Assembly: GCA_963703755.1 (NCBI GenBank)
Contig: CAVPGG010000115.1
Coordinates: 3,108-67,107 of the forward strand
Origin: an uncultured Pseudomonadota bacterium
GTDB taxonomy: Bacteria; Pseudomonadota; Alphaproteobacteria; Rhizobiales; Xanthobacteraceae
Direction: 5' to 3'
Length of the DNA stretch: 64,000 nucleotides
The stretch's first letter is position 1. Each line of letters starts with the position of its first letter. Positions 38,508 to 48,597 of the stretch are shown piece after piece. Position numbers and translations under genes: made by a program. The notes below the pieces were generated by a model. That model did not search any database. It saw nothing but the letters and a program-made list of their open reading frames with translations, and was not told where the DNA came from.

Positions 38508-39759
38508 CTATTTGTCGAGCCCGTAGAGCGAGTGCAGGGTGCGCACCGCGAGCTCGGTAAAAGCCGCGTCGATCAGCAGCGAGAACTTGATCTCCGAGGT
38601 CGTGATGGCGCGGATGTTGATGCCGCGCTCGGCCAATGCCTTGAATGCGCTCGCCGCGACGCCCGCATGGCTGCGCATGCCGATGCCGATGACCGAGATC
38701 TTGGCGACGTCGGTCGCGCTGTCGATCTTCTCGTAGCCGATCCTCTCGCGCGCCTGGTCGATCGCGCTGCGGGCGCGGTCGTAGTCGTTGGCCGGCACCG
38801 TGAACGTGAGATCGGTGGTCGCGCCGTCCGCCGAGACCACCTGCACGATCATGTCGACATTGATGTTGGCCTCGGCGAGCGGGCCGAAAATCGAGGCGGC
38901 GACGCCGGGCTTGTCCTGCACGCGCCGGATGGAGATTTGCGCCTCGTCTTTGGAGAAGGCGATGCCGGTGACAACCTGCTGTTCCATGATTTCCGCCTCG
39001 TCGCAGATGAGGGTGCCGGGAGGGGTCGAATGCGGATCGACGTCCTCCGGCTTGTCGAAGGAGGAGCGCACAAAGATGCGCACCTGATGCACCATGGCGA
39101 GCTCGATCGAGCGCACCTGCATGACCTTGGCGCCGAGGGAGGCCATTTCCAGCATCTCCTCGAACGCGATCTTGTCGAGCCGGCGCGCGCGGGGCACGAC
39201 CCGCGGGTCGGTCGTATAAACGCCGTCAACGTCGGTGTAGATGTCGCAGCGGTCCGCCCGGATCGCGGCCGCGACCGCGACCGCCGAGGTGTCCGAGCCG
39301 CCGCGGCCGAGCGTGGTGACGCGGTTCGTTTCCGGATAAACGCCCTGGAAGCCGGCCACCACGGCGACCTCCTTGCGCTCCTTGAAGCGCCGGACCAACT
39401 CCTCGCCGTTGATGTCGAGGATGCGGGCGGAGCCGTGCACGTCCGACGTTCTTGATCGACAGCTGCCAGCCCTGCCAGGAACGCGCATTGATCCCGAACG
39501 CCTGCAGCGCGATCGCCAGCAGGCCGGCCGTGACCTGCTCGCCCGAGGCGACCACCGCGTCGTATTCGCGTGCGTCATGCAGGGGTGACGCCTCGCGGCA
39601 CCACTCGACCAGCCGGTTGGTCGTCCCCGCCATCGCGGAGACCACCACGGCGACCTCGTGGCCGGCATCGACCTCGCGCTTGACATGGCGCGCGACGTTG
39701 CGGATGCGCTCGATGTCGGCGACCGAGGTGCCGCCGAATTTCATCACCAGCCGGCCCAT
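38508..39759 (-). pseudogene. lysC: aspartate kinase, one frameshift
   Basis: The N-terminus comes from ORF 39226..39759 (MGRLVMKFGGTSVADIERIRNVARHVKREVDAGHEVAVVVSAMAGTTN..SWQGWQLSIKN). The remainder comes from ORF 38508..39686 (..DVHGSARILDI..LGRGGSDTSAVAVAAA.. and two ACT domains). The frames join near 39446. The span is 1252 nt, which is 3n+1. Confidence 0.9.
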
Positions 39760-39921
39760 GTCGGGTCTCGGTGCTCCATGCGTGAAGATCGGAACGGGCG
39801 TGACCGGACGGCCCGCGCGCCCCGCCGAAAAGGCGCGTATACATACCGATGAGGGATCGGGGCCGCAACCGCCGTTGCCCGGTAGTGCAGCGGCGCCAGA
39901 GGGTTAACCGGAGTATCGCCG

Positions 39922-40677
39922 ATGGTGAGGGAGCCCCACGCCGCCGCGCCGACCGTGGACGAGGCCGAGCTCGCCCGCTTCGCGGCGCTGGCCAGCCAAT
40001 GGTGGGACCCGCGCGGAAAAATGGCGCCGCTGCACAAGTTCAATCCGGTGCGGCTCGGCTATATCCGCGACGCCGCCTGCCGGCACTTCGGCCATGACGC
40101 CAGGCGCCTCGACGCGCTCACGGGCCTGCGTATTCTCGATATCGGCTGCGGCGGCGGGATTCTCGCCGAGCCGCTGGCGCGCATCGGCGCCGAGGTCGTG
40201 GGCGCCGATCCGGCGGCCGCCAATATCGAGGCGGCGCGCCTGCATGCGGCCGAGAGCGGGATCGCGGTCGACTATCGCGAGACCACCGCCGAGGCGCTGG
40301 CCGAGGCCGGCGAGCGCTTCGATATCGTGCTCGCCATGGAGGTGGTCGAGCACGTCGCCGATGTGAGCCTGTTCGTCAAGCTGACCGGCTCGATGGTCAA
40401 GTCGGGCGGGCTGATGATCGCCGCGACCCTCAACCGCACGCTCAAGAGCTTCGCGCTCGCCATCGTCGGCGCCGAATACATTCTGCGCTGGCTGCCGCGC
40501 GGCACCCACCGGTGGGACAAGTTCGTCACCCCGAACGAGCTCGAGATCGCGCTCGAGCGTGCCGGCCTCAAGGTGATCGACGATGCCGGCGTCGTCTACA
40601 ACCCCCTCGCCGACCGCTGGCGCCTCGCCGACGACATGGACGTGAATTACATGCTGACCGCGGAGCGGCCGGTGTGA
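39922..40677 (+). CDS. ubiG: bifunctional 2-polyprenyl-6-hydroxyphenol / 3-demethylubiquinol O-methyltransferase
   Basis: ORF 39922..40677 contains ..[22 protein letters not shown].., ..[17 protein letters not shown].. and ..[14 protein letters not shown]... Confidence 0.92.
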   Translation: MVREPHAAAPTVDEAELARFAALASQWWDPRGKMAPLHKFNPVRLGYIRDAACRHFGHDARRLDALTGLRILDIGCGGGILAEPLARIGAEVVGADPAAANIEAARLHAAESGIAVDYRETTAEALAEAGERFDIVLAMEVVEHVADVSLFVKLTGSMVKSGGLMIAATLNRTLKSFALAIVGAEYILRWLPRGTHRWDKFVTPNELEIALERAGLKVIDDAGVVYNPLADRWRLADDMDVNYMLTAERPV

Positions 40678-41570
40678 CGTCTGCGTCCTGGCTGTGGGTT
40701 GTCTTCACGCTGATCGCCGCCGCCGCGCAGACCGTGCGCAACGCGACCCAGCGCGAGCTGACCACCAAGCTCGGCACGGTTGGCGCCACCCATGTGCGTT
40801 TCCTGTTCGGCCTGCCGTTCGCGCTGCTTTTTCTGGCCGGCGTCACCGTCGTGTCGGGCACGTCGCCGCCCCACCCCGGCCTCGTCTTCGTGCCGTGGGT
40901 GCTGGTCGGCGCCCTGACGCAGATCGCCGCGACCGCGCTGATGCTCGCCGCCATGGGCGAGCGCTCCTTCGTCGTCACCATCGCCTACATCAAGACCGAG
41001 CCAATTCATGTCGCGCTGTACGGGCTCGTCTTCCTGCGCGACCACGTCACGCCGGCGATGGCCGCCGCGATCCTGATCGCGACCGCGGGCGTGGTGGTGA
41101 TGTCGTTCAAGCGCGGCGCCATGGCGGGCGGGATCAGGCCGACCGTCATCGGGCTCGCGGCCGGCGGCTGCTTTGCGCTCTCGGCCATCGGCTATCGCGG
41201 CGCCATCCTGAGCCTGCACGACCCGAACTTCGTGATGGCCGCGACGTTCACGGTCGCGACCGGGCTTGCGGTGCAGACGGTGCTCCTGACGACCTACCTT
41301 TTTGCGTACGACCGCGCCGTGCTGCACGCGATCGTCAAGGCCTGGCGGCCGTCGCTGTTCGCCGAATTCATGGGCGCGCTCGCCTCGCAGTTCTGGTTCC
41401 TCGGCTTCGCCATCGCGACCGCCGCGAGCGTGCGCACGCTGGCGCTGGTCGAGGTCCTCTTTGCCCAGGGCATCTCGCGCTTCGTGTTCAAGCAGGCGAC
41501 CACCGCGCGCGAGGGCCTCGGCATCGTGCTGATCGTCGCCGGCGTCGCGCTGCTGGTGTGGGCCTATTGA
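40674..41570 (+). CDS. EamA/DMT family transporter
   Basis: This is the tail of ORF 40512..41570, read from GTG 40674, which overlaps the ubiG stop. The sequence starts [29 protein letters not shown]. About 10 TM helices are predicted by eye. Confidence 0.8.
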   Translation: MTSASWLWVVFTLIAAAAQTVRNATQRELTTKLGTVGATHVRFLFGLPFALLFLAGVTVVSGTSPPHPGLVFVPWVLVGALTQIAATALMLAAMGERSFVVTIAYIKTEPIHVALYGLVFLRDHVTPAMAAAILIATAGVVVMSFKRGAMAGGIRPTVIGLAAGGCFALSAIGYRGAILSLHDPNFVMAATFTVATGLAVQTVLLTTYLFAYDRAVLHAIVKAWRPSLFAEFMGALASQFWFLGFAIATAASVRTLALVEVLFAQGISRFVFKQATTAREGLGIVLIVAGVALLVWAY

Positions 41571-41572
41571 GG

Positions 41573-42061
41573 CTAGTTCCGCTCGTCCGGCAGCACCGGC
41601 AGCGGGTGAAACTCGATACCCTCGTCGTGCAGCTCCTTCGCCTCCTCGGCCGAGGCCTCGCCGTAGATCGAGCGGTGCTCGAGCTCGCCGTAATGCATCT
41701 TGCGCGCCGCTTCGGGAAACTTGCGGCCGACGTTCTCGGCGTTCTTGGTGAGATGATCGCGCAGCTCCTTGAGCTTGCTGCGCAGCTCGCGCTCCTGCGG
41801 CGAGATCATCGCGACCGGCGCCGGCGGCTGGGGCGGCGTGGGCGTCGGGGCGGGCGCCTCGGGTACATCGATCGTCTGGTCGGCGACCGCCTTGTCGGAG
41901 CGCGCAAGGCGCGGCGCCATGATCGCCTTCTCGACCTTGGTCGAGCCGCACACCGGGCAGGCGACGAGGCCGCGCTTGGCCTGCTTGTCGTACGCCGCCG
42001 AATTGGCGAACCAGCTCTCGAACTCGTGCCGGCGCGCGCAGACGAGATCGTAGCGGATCAT
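41573..42061 (-). CDS. DUF1178 family zinc-ribbon protein
   Basis: This is the tail of ORF 41573..42487, read from ATG 42061. The sequence is MIRYDLVCARRHEFESWFANSAAYDKQAKRGLVACPVCGSTKVEKAIMAP... Confidence 0.85.
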   Translation of the reverse strand: MIRYDLVCARRHEFESWFANSAAYDKQAKRGLVACPVCGSTKVEKAIMAPRLARSDKAVADQTIDVPEAPAPTPTPPQPPAPVAMISPQERELRSKLKELRDHLTKNAENVGRKFPEAARKMHYGELEHRSIYGEASAEEAKELHDEGIEFHPLPVLPDERN

Positions 42062-42948
42062 GCCTTGCCTCCGACCGCGTGCAGATACGCGGGCGCGGCG
42101 GCGGGCGTCGCCACCTCGAAGCGCCGTCCATGCTGGAGCGAGGGAATGCGCCCGCGCGCGGTCGCGATCTCGGCAAGCGCGATCTCGGCCATGACGACAC
42201 CGGGCTCGGTGCCGCCTTCGGCGACGACGCGGCCCCAGGGGTCGACCACCAGCGAGTGGCCGAAGGTCTCGCGGCCGTTCTCGTGCGTGCCGCCCTGCGC
42301 GGCGGCGAGCACGTAGCAGGTGTTCTCGATCGCGCGGGCGCGCATCAGCACGTGCCAGTGCGCCTCGCCGGTCTGCCGCGTGAACGCGGACGGGATCGCC
42401 AGGAACGCGGCGCCCGCCTCGGCGAGCGCGCGGTAGAGCGCCGGGAAGCGCAGGTCGTAGCAGATGGTGAGCCCGAGCCGGCCCCACGGCAGGTCGGCCG
42501 CGACCGCGGTCTCGCCGGGACGGTAGTTGCGCGATTCGCGATAGCTCTCGCCGCCCGCGAGGTCAACGTCGAACATGTGGATCTTGTCGTAGCGCGCGAC
42601 GATCTCGCCCTGCGGATCGATCAGCAGCGAGCGGTTGACGGCCTTGTCGGGCGAGACATTCAGCGCGAGCGAGCCGACATGCACCCACAGGCGCTGCGCG
42701 CGCGCGGTCTCGCGGAAGGCCGCAAGCGAGGCGTCGCTTTCCTCGGGCGCGATCGCGGCGAACATCTCCTGGCGCTTGACCTCCATGATGTTGGTCATCT
42801 CGGGGGTCTGCACGTAGTCGGCGCTGGCCGCCTTGGCGTCGCGGATCAGCCGCACGGCCGCGTCCGCATTGGCCGCCGGCGTGCGGCCCGACCGCATCTG
42901 GATCAGGCCGACGCGGAAGCTTCCGCCGCTGCTGCCGGTCGCCGTCAT
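42058..42948 (-). CDS. carbon-nitrogen hydrolase family protein (nitrilase superfamily)
   Basis: This is the tail of ORF 42058..43188, read from ATG 42948 (MTATGSSGGSFRVGLIQMRSG). The E-K-C triad context is ..YDKIHMFD.. and ..LGLTICYDLRFP... It is ATGA-coupled to DUF1178 and overlaps the grxC stop. Confidence 0.85.
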   Translation of the reverse strand: MTATGSSGGSFRVGLIQMRSGRTPAANADAAVRLIRDAKAASADYVQTPEMTNIMEVKRQEMFAAIAPEESDASLAAFRETARAQRLWVHVGSLALNVSPDKAVNRSLLIDPQGEIVARYDKIHMFDVDLAGGESYRESRNYRPGETAVAADLPWGRLGLTICYDLRFPALYRALAEAGAAFLAIPSAFTRQTGEAHWHVLMRARAIENTCYVLAAAQGGTHENGRETFGHSLVVDPWGRVVAEGGTEPGVVMAEIALAEIATARGRIPSLQHGRRFEVATPAAAPAYLHAVGGKA

Positions 42949-43220
42949 GGCTTCACCGCGCCGTTGCGCGCGAGCAGCGGGTCGAGGCCGCCGGCATCGT
43001 CGAGCGCGTAGAGGTCGTCGCAGCCGCCCACATGGGTGTCGCCGATGAAGATCTGCGGCACCGTCATCTGCCCGCCCGCGCGCTCGACCATTTTGGTGCG
43101 CAGCGCGCGGTCGCCCGCGACGTTGATCTCGGTGAAGTCGGCGCCCTTGCGGCGCAACAGCTCCTTGGCCGAGACGCAATAGGGGCAATAGGGGGTCGTA
43201 TAGACCTCGATCGGCGGCAT
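42945..43220 (-). CDS. grxC: glutaredoxin 3
   Basis: ORF 42945..43220 starts MPPIEVYTTPYCPYCVSAKELLRRKG, which carries the CPYC active site. It also contains ..TVPQIFIGDTHVGGCDDL... Confidence 0.92.
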   Translation of the reverse strand: MPPIEVYTTPYCPYCVSAKELLRRKGADFTEINVAGDRALRTKMVERAGGQMTVPQIFIGDTHVGGCDDLYALDDAGGLDPLLARNGAVKP

Positions 43221-43263
43221 GACGAAAGGTTAGCTCCGCAAGGATGGAAAGGACGTAAACGGA

Positions 43264-44067
43264 CTATATGGGGGCGCGCATCCCCTCCACAACCCGGGCG
43301 AAGACGAGCACGTCGACCCCCGCGGCGCCGGCGCGCAGCAGGGCACGCGTGCAGCTGTCGATCGTCGCACCCGAGGTCAGCACGTCATCGACCAGGACGA
43401 GGCGCCGGCCAGCGACCGCCGCCTGCCGCGCGTCCGGTACCGCGAAGGCGCCCTGCACGTTGGTCGCCCGCTCCGCTCGCGCGAGGCCGACCTGCTGCGG
43501 CGTCGCGCGCATGCGCTTGAGCGCATCGTCGAGCACCGGCACGCCGCTCGCCTGCGAGACCACCCGCGCGAGCGCGGCGGCCTGGTTGAAGCGCCGCGCC
43601 CACAGGCGCCGCCAATGCAGCGGCACCGGTACGAGCGCGTCGGCATCCGCAGTCAGCGCGCGGCCGGCCTGTGCCATCCAGCGGCCCATGGTGGGCGCGA
43701 GGTCGAGCCGGTCGCCGTATTTGAGCGCATGCACCAGCGCGCTCGCGACGTCGTCATAGCGCACCGCCGCGCGCGCCCGGCCGAAGGCGGGCGGATCGGT
43801 GACCGCCTCGGTCGACAGCACGCCGGGTCCCGGATCGTAGCCGAACGGCGTGCCGAGCCGCTCGCAATAGGGCGGCGCGATGAAGGAAAGCTTCGACCAG
43901 CAGGCGGCGCACAGGCCGCCGGTCTCGCCGAGGACGCCGCGGCACGCCGGGCAGAGCGGCGGCAGCGCCGTGTCGAGCGTGAAGCGCAGCGAGGCGCGCA
44001 CCGGAGCAAGGAGGCGGCCGAGACGCGTCGTGCGCGAGGACGTGGAGGCGGATGCGGGCTGCACCAT
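43264..44067 (-). CDS. ComF family protein (phosphoribosyltransferase-like)
   Basis: ORF 43264..44067 has an N-terminal CxxC..CxxC zinc finger (LCPACRG..LCAACW) and a C-terminal PRTase motif (RLVLVDDVLTSGAT). Confidence 0.85.
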   Translation of the reverse strand: MVQPASASTSSRTTRLGRLLAPVRASLRFTLDTALPPLCPACRGVLGETGGLCAACWSKLSFIAPPYCERLGTPFGYDPGPGVLSTEAVTDPPAFGRARAAVRYDDVASALVHALKYGDRLDLAPTMGRWMAQAGRALTADADALVPVPLHWRRLWARRFNQAAALARVVSQASGVPVLDDALKRMRATPQQVGLARAERATNVQGAFAVPDARQAAVAGRRLVLVDDVLTSGATIDSCTRALLRAGAAGVDVLVFARVVEGMRAPI

Positions 44068-44226
44068 CGCAGGTTACCGCCCGCGCGGCCGCGCCTCAAT
44101 CGGGTCGCCAGCCGATCGCGCCCCCCCGCGCCAGCTGGAGGTTCAGCAAGCTCCCAGCGACGGTGCGCGCGGCCCGACCGCGCGCGACGTTCGCTCGCAT
44201 CGGCGAAGATGCGCTAGAATGCGTGC

Positions 44227-45120
44227 ATGTCCGCGCCCCGCGTGTTCGACCGATTGCTGCTGCGCCGGCGCCGGCGTCGCGCCGAGACGCTCGGGCCCGC
44301 GACTTTTCTGATCGATCGGGTCGCCGCCGACCTCGCCGATCGTCTGGCGACGGTGCTGCGCCGCTTCGCGCTCGCGGCCGACCTCGGCACGCCCACGGCC
44401 GCCCTGCGCCGCGCGCTCGCGGGGCGCGTCGACACACTGATCGCGGTCGACGCGCAGGCGCACCGACTGTCCGGTGAGCCCGGGCCGAGGGTTGCGGCCG
44501 ACGAAGAGGCGCTGCCCTTTGCCGATGCCGCGCTCGATCTCGTCGTCTCGGCGCTCGCGCTGCAGGCCGTCAACGACCTGCCCGGCACGCTCGTGCAGGT
44601 GCGCCGCGCGCTCAAGCCGGACGGCCTCTTCCTCGCCGCGCTCCTCGGCGGCGATACGCTCACCGAGCTGCGCCAGAGTTTTGCGGTTGCCGAGGCCGAG
44701 ATCGACGGCGGCGTCTCGCCGCGCGTTGCGCCGTTCATCGATGCGCGAGAGGGCGGCGCGCTGCTGCAGCGCGCGGGGTTCGCGCTGCCGGTGACCGACG
44801 TTGAGCGCATCACGGTGCGCTACGCGTCGGCCTTCGATCTCATGCGCGACCTGCGGCGCATGGGCGCAACCAATGCGCTCGCCGAACGGCGTCGCGCGCC
44901 GCTGCGGCGCGCGACGTTCCTGCGCATGGCCGAGGTCTATGCGGCGCGCTTCGCCGATGCGGACGGGCGCGTGCGCGCGAGCTTCGACGTCGTGTGGCTG
45001 TCCGGCTGGGCGCCGCACGCGAGCCAGCCGCAGCCGCTCAAGCCCGGCTCGGCACAGCGGCGGCTCGCCGATGCGCTCGGCACGCGCGAGCTGTCCGCCG
45101 GCGAGCCGCCGGAGCGATGA
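44227..45120 (+). CDS. SAM-dependent methyltransferase domain protein
   Basis: ORF 44227..45120 contains ..LPFADAALDLVVSALALQAVNDLPGTLVQVRRALKPDGLFL... It is a conserved divergent neighbour of comF/grxC in this group. Confidence 0.8.
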   Translation: MSAPRVFDRLLLRRRRRRAETLGPATFLIDRVAADLADRLATVLRRFALAADLGTPTAALRRALAGRVDTLIAVDAQAHRLSGEPGPRVAADEEALPFADAALDLVVSALALQAVNDLPGTLVQVRRALKPDGLFLAALLGGDTLTELRQSFAVAEAEIDGGVSPRVAPFIDAREGGALLQRAGFALPVTDVERITVRYASAFDLMRDLRRMGATNALAERRRAPLRRATFLRMAEVYAARFADADGRVRASFDVVWLSGWAPHASQPQPLKPGSAQRRLADALGTRELSAGEPPER

Positions 45121-45154
45121 CGCGCCGGCGGCCAGAGCATGAATTATTTCCCCA

Positions 45155-45276
45155 TCATGCCCGCGCTTGTCGCGGGCATCCACGTCTTTCTTGCATGCCG
45201 CAAAGGCGTGGATGGCCGGGACATAGGCGAGCGAAGCGACGCCGTTCTTCGAACGGCTATGCCCGGCCATGACGGG
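45155..45276. repeat. structured intergenic repeat, family 1, full copy with swapped stems
   Basis: The element is TCATGCCCGCGCTTGTCGCGGGCATCCACG .. CGTGGATGGCCGGGACATAGGCGAGCGAAGCGACGCCGTTCTTCGAACGGCTATGCCCGGCCATGAC. It has the same layout as 10709-10829, but the two stem sequences are exchanged. Confidence 0.8.
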
Positions 45277-45293
45277 TCGGGCGACAGCGCCGT

Positions 45294-46130
45294 CTACATC
45301 TGGTTGAGATAGCTCTGGTTCGGCCGCTGGTTGAGCTCGATATAGGTGCCCCACGGATCCTGGATGAAGGCGAGCCAGACGCCGCTCGCCGGGTTCTTGG
45401 TCGGCGCGACCACGGGCTTCACGCCCGCCGCCGCGGCCTTCTTGAGAAACGCGTCCATATCCGTCACGTCGAAGCCGATGTGGTCGAGCACGTGTCCCTT
45501 GGTGGTGACGGTCGGCTGGTCGCTCTTGGTGAAGGTCAGGTTGGCGCCCGGCACGTCGGCCGCCTGGAACCTGCCGCGCATGCCGGGCTTGGCGCCGAAC
45601 ACCTTGGCGTACCAAGCCTGCATCTCGGGGACCGCGGACTCGGCCACGTAGAAATGCACGTGATGATGGCGGATCGGAACCTTCTGGTTCTTGTCCTCGA
45701 GGAATTCGAGCTTGAGTCCGTCCGCGGTGGTGACGAAGGCTTGATCGAGCCGGCCATCGATCCCGTTGGGCCCGGTGGCAATCGTCACGTTCAGGCTCCT
45801 GAGCTTGGCGACCGCCTCCTGGACGTTCGGCACGAGGAAGCCGACATGGTTGATCACCGTCCCGATGGTGCCGCCGGTCGCGGCCGGCGTCCCGGGCCGC
45901 AGGTTGAGATAGACGTTCACGCCGGGAAACCGCACGGTCTCGAAATCGCCCGCCTTGGCCGGCGTGCCGCCGAGGGCGACGAAGATCTTCTTGCTCGCCT
46001 CGATGTCGCGCGAGTTGAGGTGCCAGTGACCCATGGTGACGCCCATGTCGTTGGGCGTGAAAGGCTGCGCCCAGGCGCCGCCGGCCGCGAGGCTCGTCAT
46101 CAGGCATAAAGCCGGGATCAGTCGTCGCAT
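45294..46130 (-). CDS. secreted VOC (glyoxalase/bleomycin-resistance/dioxygenase) family protein, two-domain
   Basis: ORF 45294..46130 has a signal peptide (MRRLIPALCLMTSLAAGGAWA). The repeated VOC modules are ..VINHVGFLVPNV.. and ..VLDHIGFDVTDM... Confidence 0.8.
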   Translation of the reverse strand: MRRLIPALCLMTSLAAGGAWAQPFTPNDMGVTMGHWHLNSRDIEASKKIFVALGGTPAKAGDFETVRFPGVNVYLNLRPGTPAATGGTIGTVINHVGFLVPNVQEAVAKLRSLNVTIATGPNGIDGRLDQAFVTTADGLKLEFLEDKNQKVPIRHHHVHFYVAESAVPEMQAWYAKVFGAKPGMRGRFQAADVPGANLTFTKSDQPTVTTKGHVLDHIGFDVTDMDAFLKKAAAAGVKPVVAPTKNPASGVWLAFIQDPWGTYIELNQRPNQSYLNQM

Positions 46131-46241
46131 CGCCGTCCTCCCTGTCGATCGCTCCCTTGGCGGGAGTTCAACCGGAAGGCTACCACCACGGCATATTGTC
46201 TGGGAACGGGGCGGCGGGCGGCTGTCGTTGCCGGCCGTGCG

Positions 46242-46445
46242 CTACATCATCGAGGAAAGCGCGTTGACGATCTGGCCGTAGAGCGTGTTCTTGATGCCTT
46301 GGCCCATCGAGAACACCGTCGCCAGGATCGCGATGCCGATCAGCGCCACCATCAGCCCGTATTCGATCGCGGTCGCGCCGCGCTCGTCGGCCGCGAAGCG
46401 GCCGAGGCGGAAAAGCGCGGTGCGGAGAAGCGCGAAGCGGGTCAT
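46242..46445 (-). CDS. Flp family type IVb pilin
   Basis: This is the tail of ORF 46242..46619, read from ATG 46445. The sequence is MTRFALLRTALFRLGRFAADERGATAIEYGLMVALIGIAILATVF.., which has the Flp motif G/ATAIEYGL followed by a hydrophobic helix. Confidence 0.75.
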   Translation of the reverse strand: MTRFALLRTALFRLGRFAADERGATAIEYGLMVALIGIAILATVFSMGQGIKNTLYGQIVNALSSMM

Positions 46446-46483
46446 GGTCTGGTCCTGTACTCGGTCAGTCACACTGCCAAAGG

Positions 46484-46882
46484 CTAGAGCAAGGTCGTCA
46501 GGTGCGAGATCAGCGGCAGATCGGCCGGCGGCATCGGGTATTCGTTGAGCCGGTTGGGCCGCACCCAGGCGAGCCGTTGGCCTTCCTGTGCCGCCGCGAT
46601 TCCCTCCCAGCGCCGGCACACGTAGAGCGGCATCAGGAGGTGGAAGTCAGCGTAGGTATGGCTCGCGAAGGTGAGTGGCGCGAGGCAAGCCTCCTTCACG
46701 ACGATGCCCAGTTCCTCCTTCAGCTCGCGAATGAGCGTCTCTTCCGGCCGTTCGCCTGCCTCGACCTTGCCGCCCGGAAATTCCCATAAGCCCGCCATCG
46801 ATCGGCCGGCAGGGCGTTCGGCGATGAGAACGCGTCCGTCAGCATCGACGAGGGCGCAGGCGACGACAACCAGAAGCTTCAC
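46484..46882 (-). CDS. mutT: NUDIX hydrolase, (d)NTP pyrophosphohydrolase MutT type
   Basis: ORF 46484..46882 contains the Nudix box GLWEFPGGKVEAGERPEETLIRELKEELGI. Confidence 0.85.
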   Translation of the reverse strand: MKLLVVVACALVDADGRVLIAERPAGRSMAGLWEFPGGKVEAGERPEETLIRELKEELGIVVKEACLAPLTFASHTYADFHLLMPLYVCRRWEGIAAAQEGQRLAWVRPNRLNEYPMPPADLPLISHLTTLL

Positions 46883-47005
46883 GCTTACGACCCTTCGGGC
46901 TCCACGCTAAAGACTTGTGGTTAAAGACCTTCCAACATCGCCCCGGCGATTGTCCCGCGACGGTTAACGTCCGCTTGCGCGGCTGCCGCAATTGCCGTTG
47001 CGGTA

Positions 47006-48247
47006 TCAGGAGCGGTAGTCGCCGTTGATCGCGACATATTCCTTGGTGAGATCGCAGGTGAGCACCCGGTCGCGGCTGCGGCCGAGTCCGAGCGCAACCT
47101 TGAGCGCGATCACCGGCTGCTTCATGGCGGCCGAGACCTTCGCCTCGTCATAGGCGGGATCGCGCAGGCCGCGGTGGGCCACGCGGATGCCGTTGAACCA
47201 GATCGACAGGCGGTCGCGGTCGGCCGGCTCGCCCGCCTTGCCGACCGCCATCACGACGCGGCCCCAGTTGGCGTCCTCGCCCGCGATCGCGGTCTTCACC
47301 AGCGGCGAGTTGGCGATCGACATGGCGATGCGCCGCGCCGAGGTCTTCGAGGTGGCGCCCTCGACCGTGATCTCGACCAGCTTGCGGGCGCCCTCGCCGT
47401 CGCGCGCCACCTGCTCGGCGAGATCGGCAAGCACGCGCTCGAAAGCGGCGCGGAAGGGGGCGAGGCGTGGGTCGGAGGTGCGTGCGATGCGCGGCGCGCC
47501 GCGCGCGGCCGCCGCACCGGTCGCAAAGGCGAGCAGCGTGTCCGAGGTCGAGGTATCGCCGTCGATCGTCACCGCATTGAACGTATCGGTCACGCCGCGC
47601 GCGAGCAGCGACTGCAGGATGGCGGGCGCGATCGGCGCGTCGGTGAACACGAACGACAGCATGGTCGCCATGTCGGGCGCGATCATGCCGGCGCCCTTGG
47701 CGATGCCGCAGATCGTCACCTCGGCCTTGCCGAGGCGCGCCGTCGCGGTCGCGCCCTTGGGGAACGTGTCGGTCGTCATGATGGCGCGCGCCGCGTCCTG
47801 CCAGCGGCCGGGCAGCGCGTCCGCGACCAAGCCGTCCATCACGCCGTCGAAGGCCGCGGCCTTGAGCGGCTCGCCGATCACGCCGGTCGAGGCGAGGAAG
47901 ATGTCGCCGGGCTTGCAGCCGATCGCCTTCGCGGCAATGTCGGCGGTGAGTTTCGCCGCCTCGCGGCCGTTGCGGCCCGTGAATGCGTTTGCGTTGCCCG
48001 AATTGACCACGAGGGCGCGCGCCTTGCCGGCCTTGAGCCGCGCGCGGCACCAGTCGACCGGCGCGGAGGGGCACTTCGATCGGGTGAGCACGCCCGCGAC
48101 CGCCGTGCCGGGATCGAGCAGCGTCAGCAGCACGTCGGTGCGGCCCGCATAACGGATGCCAGCCGCCGCGGTGGCGAGGCGCACGCCGGCGACCGCCGGC
48201 ATGTCGGGAAAGCGCGCAGGAGCGAGCGGCGAGACGGTGGCGGCCAT
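47006..48247 (-). CDS. argJ: bifunctional glutamate N-acetyltransferase / amino-acid acetyltransferase
   Basis: ORF 47006..48247 contains ..[12 protein letters not shown].. and the autoprocessing region ..[12 protein letters not shown]... Confidence 0.93.
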   Translation of the reverse strand: MAATVSPLAPARFPDMPAVAGVRLATAAAGIRYAGRTDVLLTLLDPGTAVAGVLTRSKCPSAPVDWCRARLKAGKARALVVNSGNANAFTGRNGREAAKLTADIAAKAIGCKPGDIFLASTGVIGEPLKAAAFDGVMDGLVADALPGRWQDAARAIMTTDTFPKGATATARLGKAEVTICGIAKGAGMIAPDMATMLSFVFTDAPIAPAILQSLLARGVTDTFNAVTIDGDTSTSDTLLAFATGAAAARGAPRIARTSDPRLAPFRAAFERVLADLAEQVARDGEGARKLVEITVEGATSKTSARRIAMSIANSPLVKTAIAGEDANWGRVVMAVGKAGEPADRDRLSIWFNGIRVAHRGLRDPAYDEAKVSAAMKQPVIALKVALGLGRSRDRVLTCDLTKEYVAINGDYRS

Positions 48248-48297
48248 GGCGAAGCTTCATCCCCGGAGGCGTGACGCGGGCGCGGTCACGCGTGCGG

Positions 48298-48374
48298 CTA
48301 GTGCCCCGCTTCCGAAGTTCGTGGTAGGTCGCAGCAAACGCTGACACGAATTTCGGAAGCAAAAGGGGCACTAG
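48298..48374. repeat. long imperfect hairpin with CTAGTGCC / GGCACTAG termini, copy 1
   Basis: The left arm is CTAGTGCCCCGCTTCCGAAGTTCGTG (48298-48323). The right arm is CACGAATTTCGGAAGCAAAAGGGGCACTAG (48345-48374). The loop is 21 nt, with one mismatch and an AAAA bulge. Confidence 0.65.
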
Positions 48375-48387
48375 CAAGTATGTGATT

Positions 48388-48465
48388 CTAGTGCCGCTTA
48401 TCGATTTGACGTTCCTGAATGAGGTTGCTGCGGGCGGTGCAGGAACGTCAAATCGGCGGCACTAG
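48388..48465. repeat. long imperfect hairpin with CTAGTGCC / GGCACTAG termini, copy 2
   Basis: The left arm is CTAGTGCCGCTTATCGATTTGACGTTCCTG (48388-48417). The right arm is CAGGAACGTCAAATCGGCGGCACTAG (48440-48465). There is a TTAT bulge and a 22-nt loop. Confidence 0.65.
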
Positions 48466-48597
48466 CCATAAGCCAAAAAAGCCGCGCTCCGACAAGCGGC
48501 CGGCGCGAGCGCCGCGATGAAAAAAGTTCATGGCCGGGATTTGCCCCGGCCATATGGCTTGGAATCATGCGGCTTGGAATGAAGCGTTCCGCGCGGG

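Noticed and set aside
43264-44067. ComF, and the Flp pilin at 46242..46445, could indicate a competence or pilus system.
   Set aside because: Both genes are isolated. ComF-family genes next to grxC are conserved housekeeping neighbours in alphaproteobacteria. No other competence or Tad genes are present in the window.
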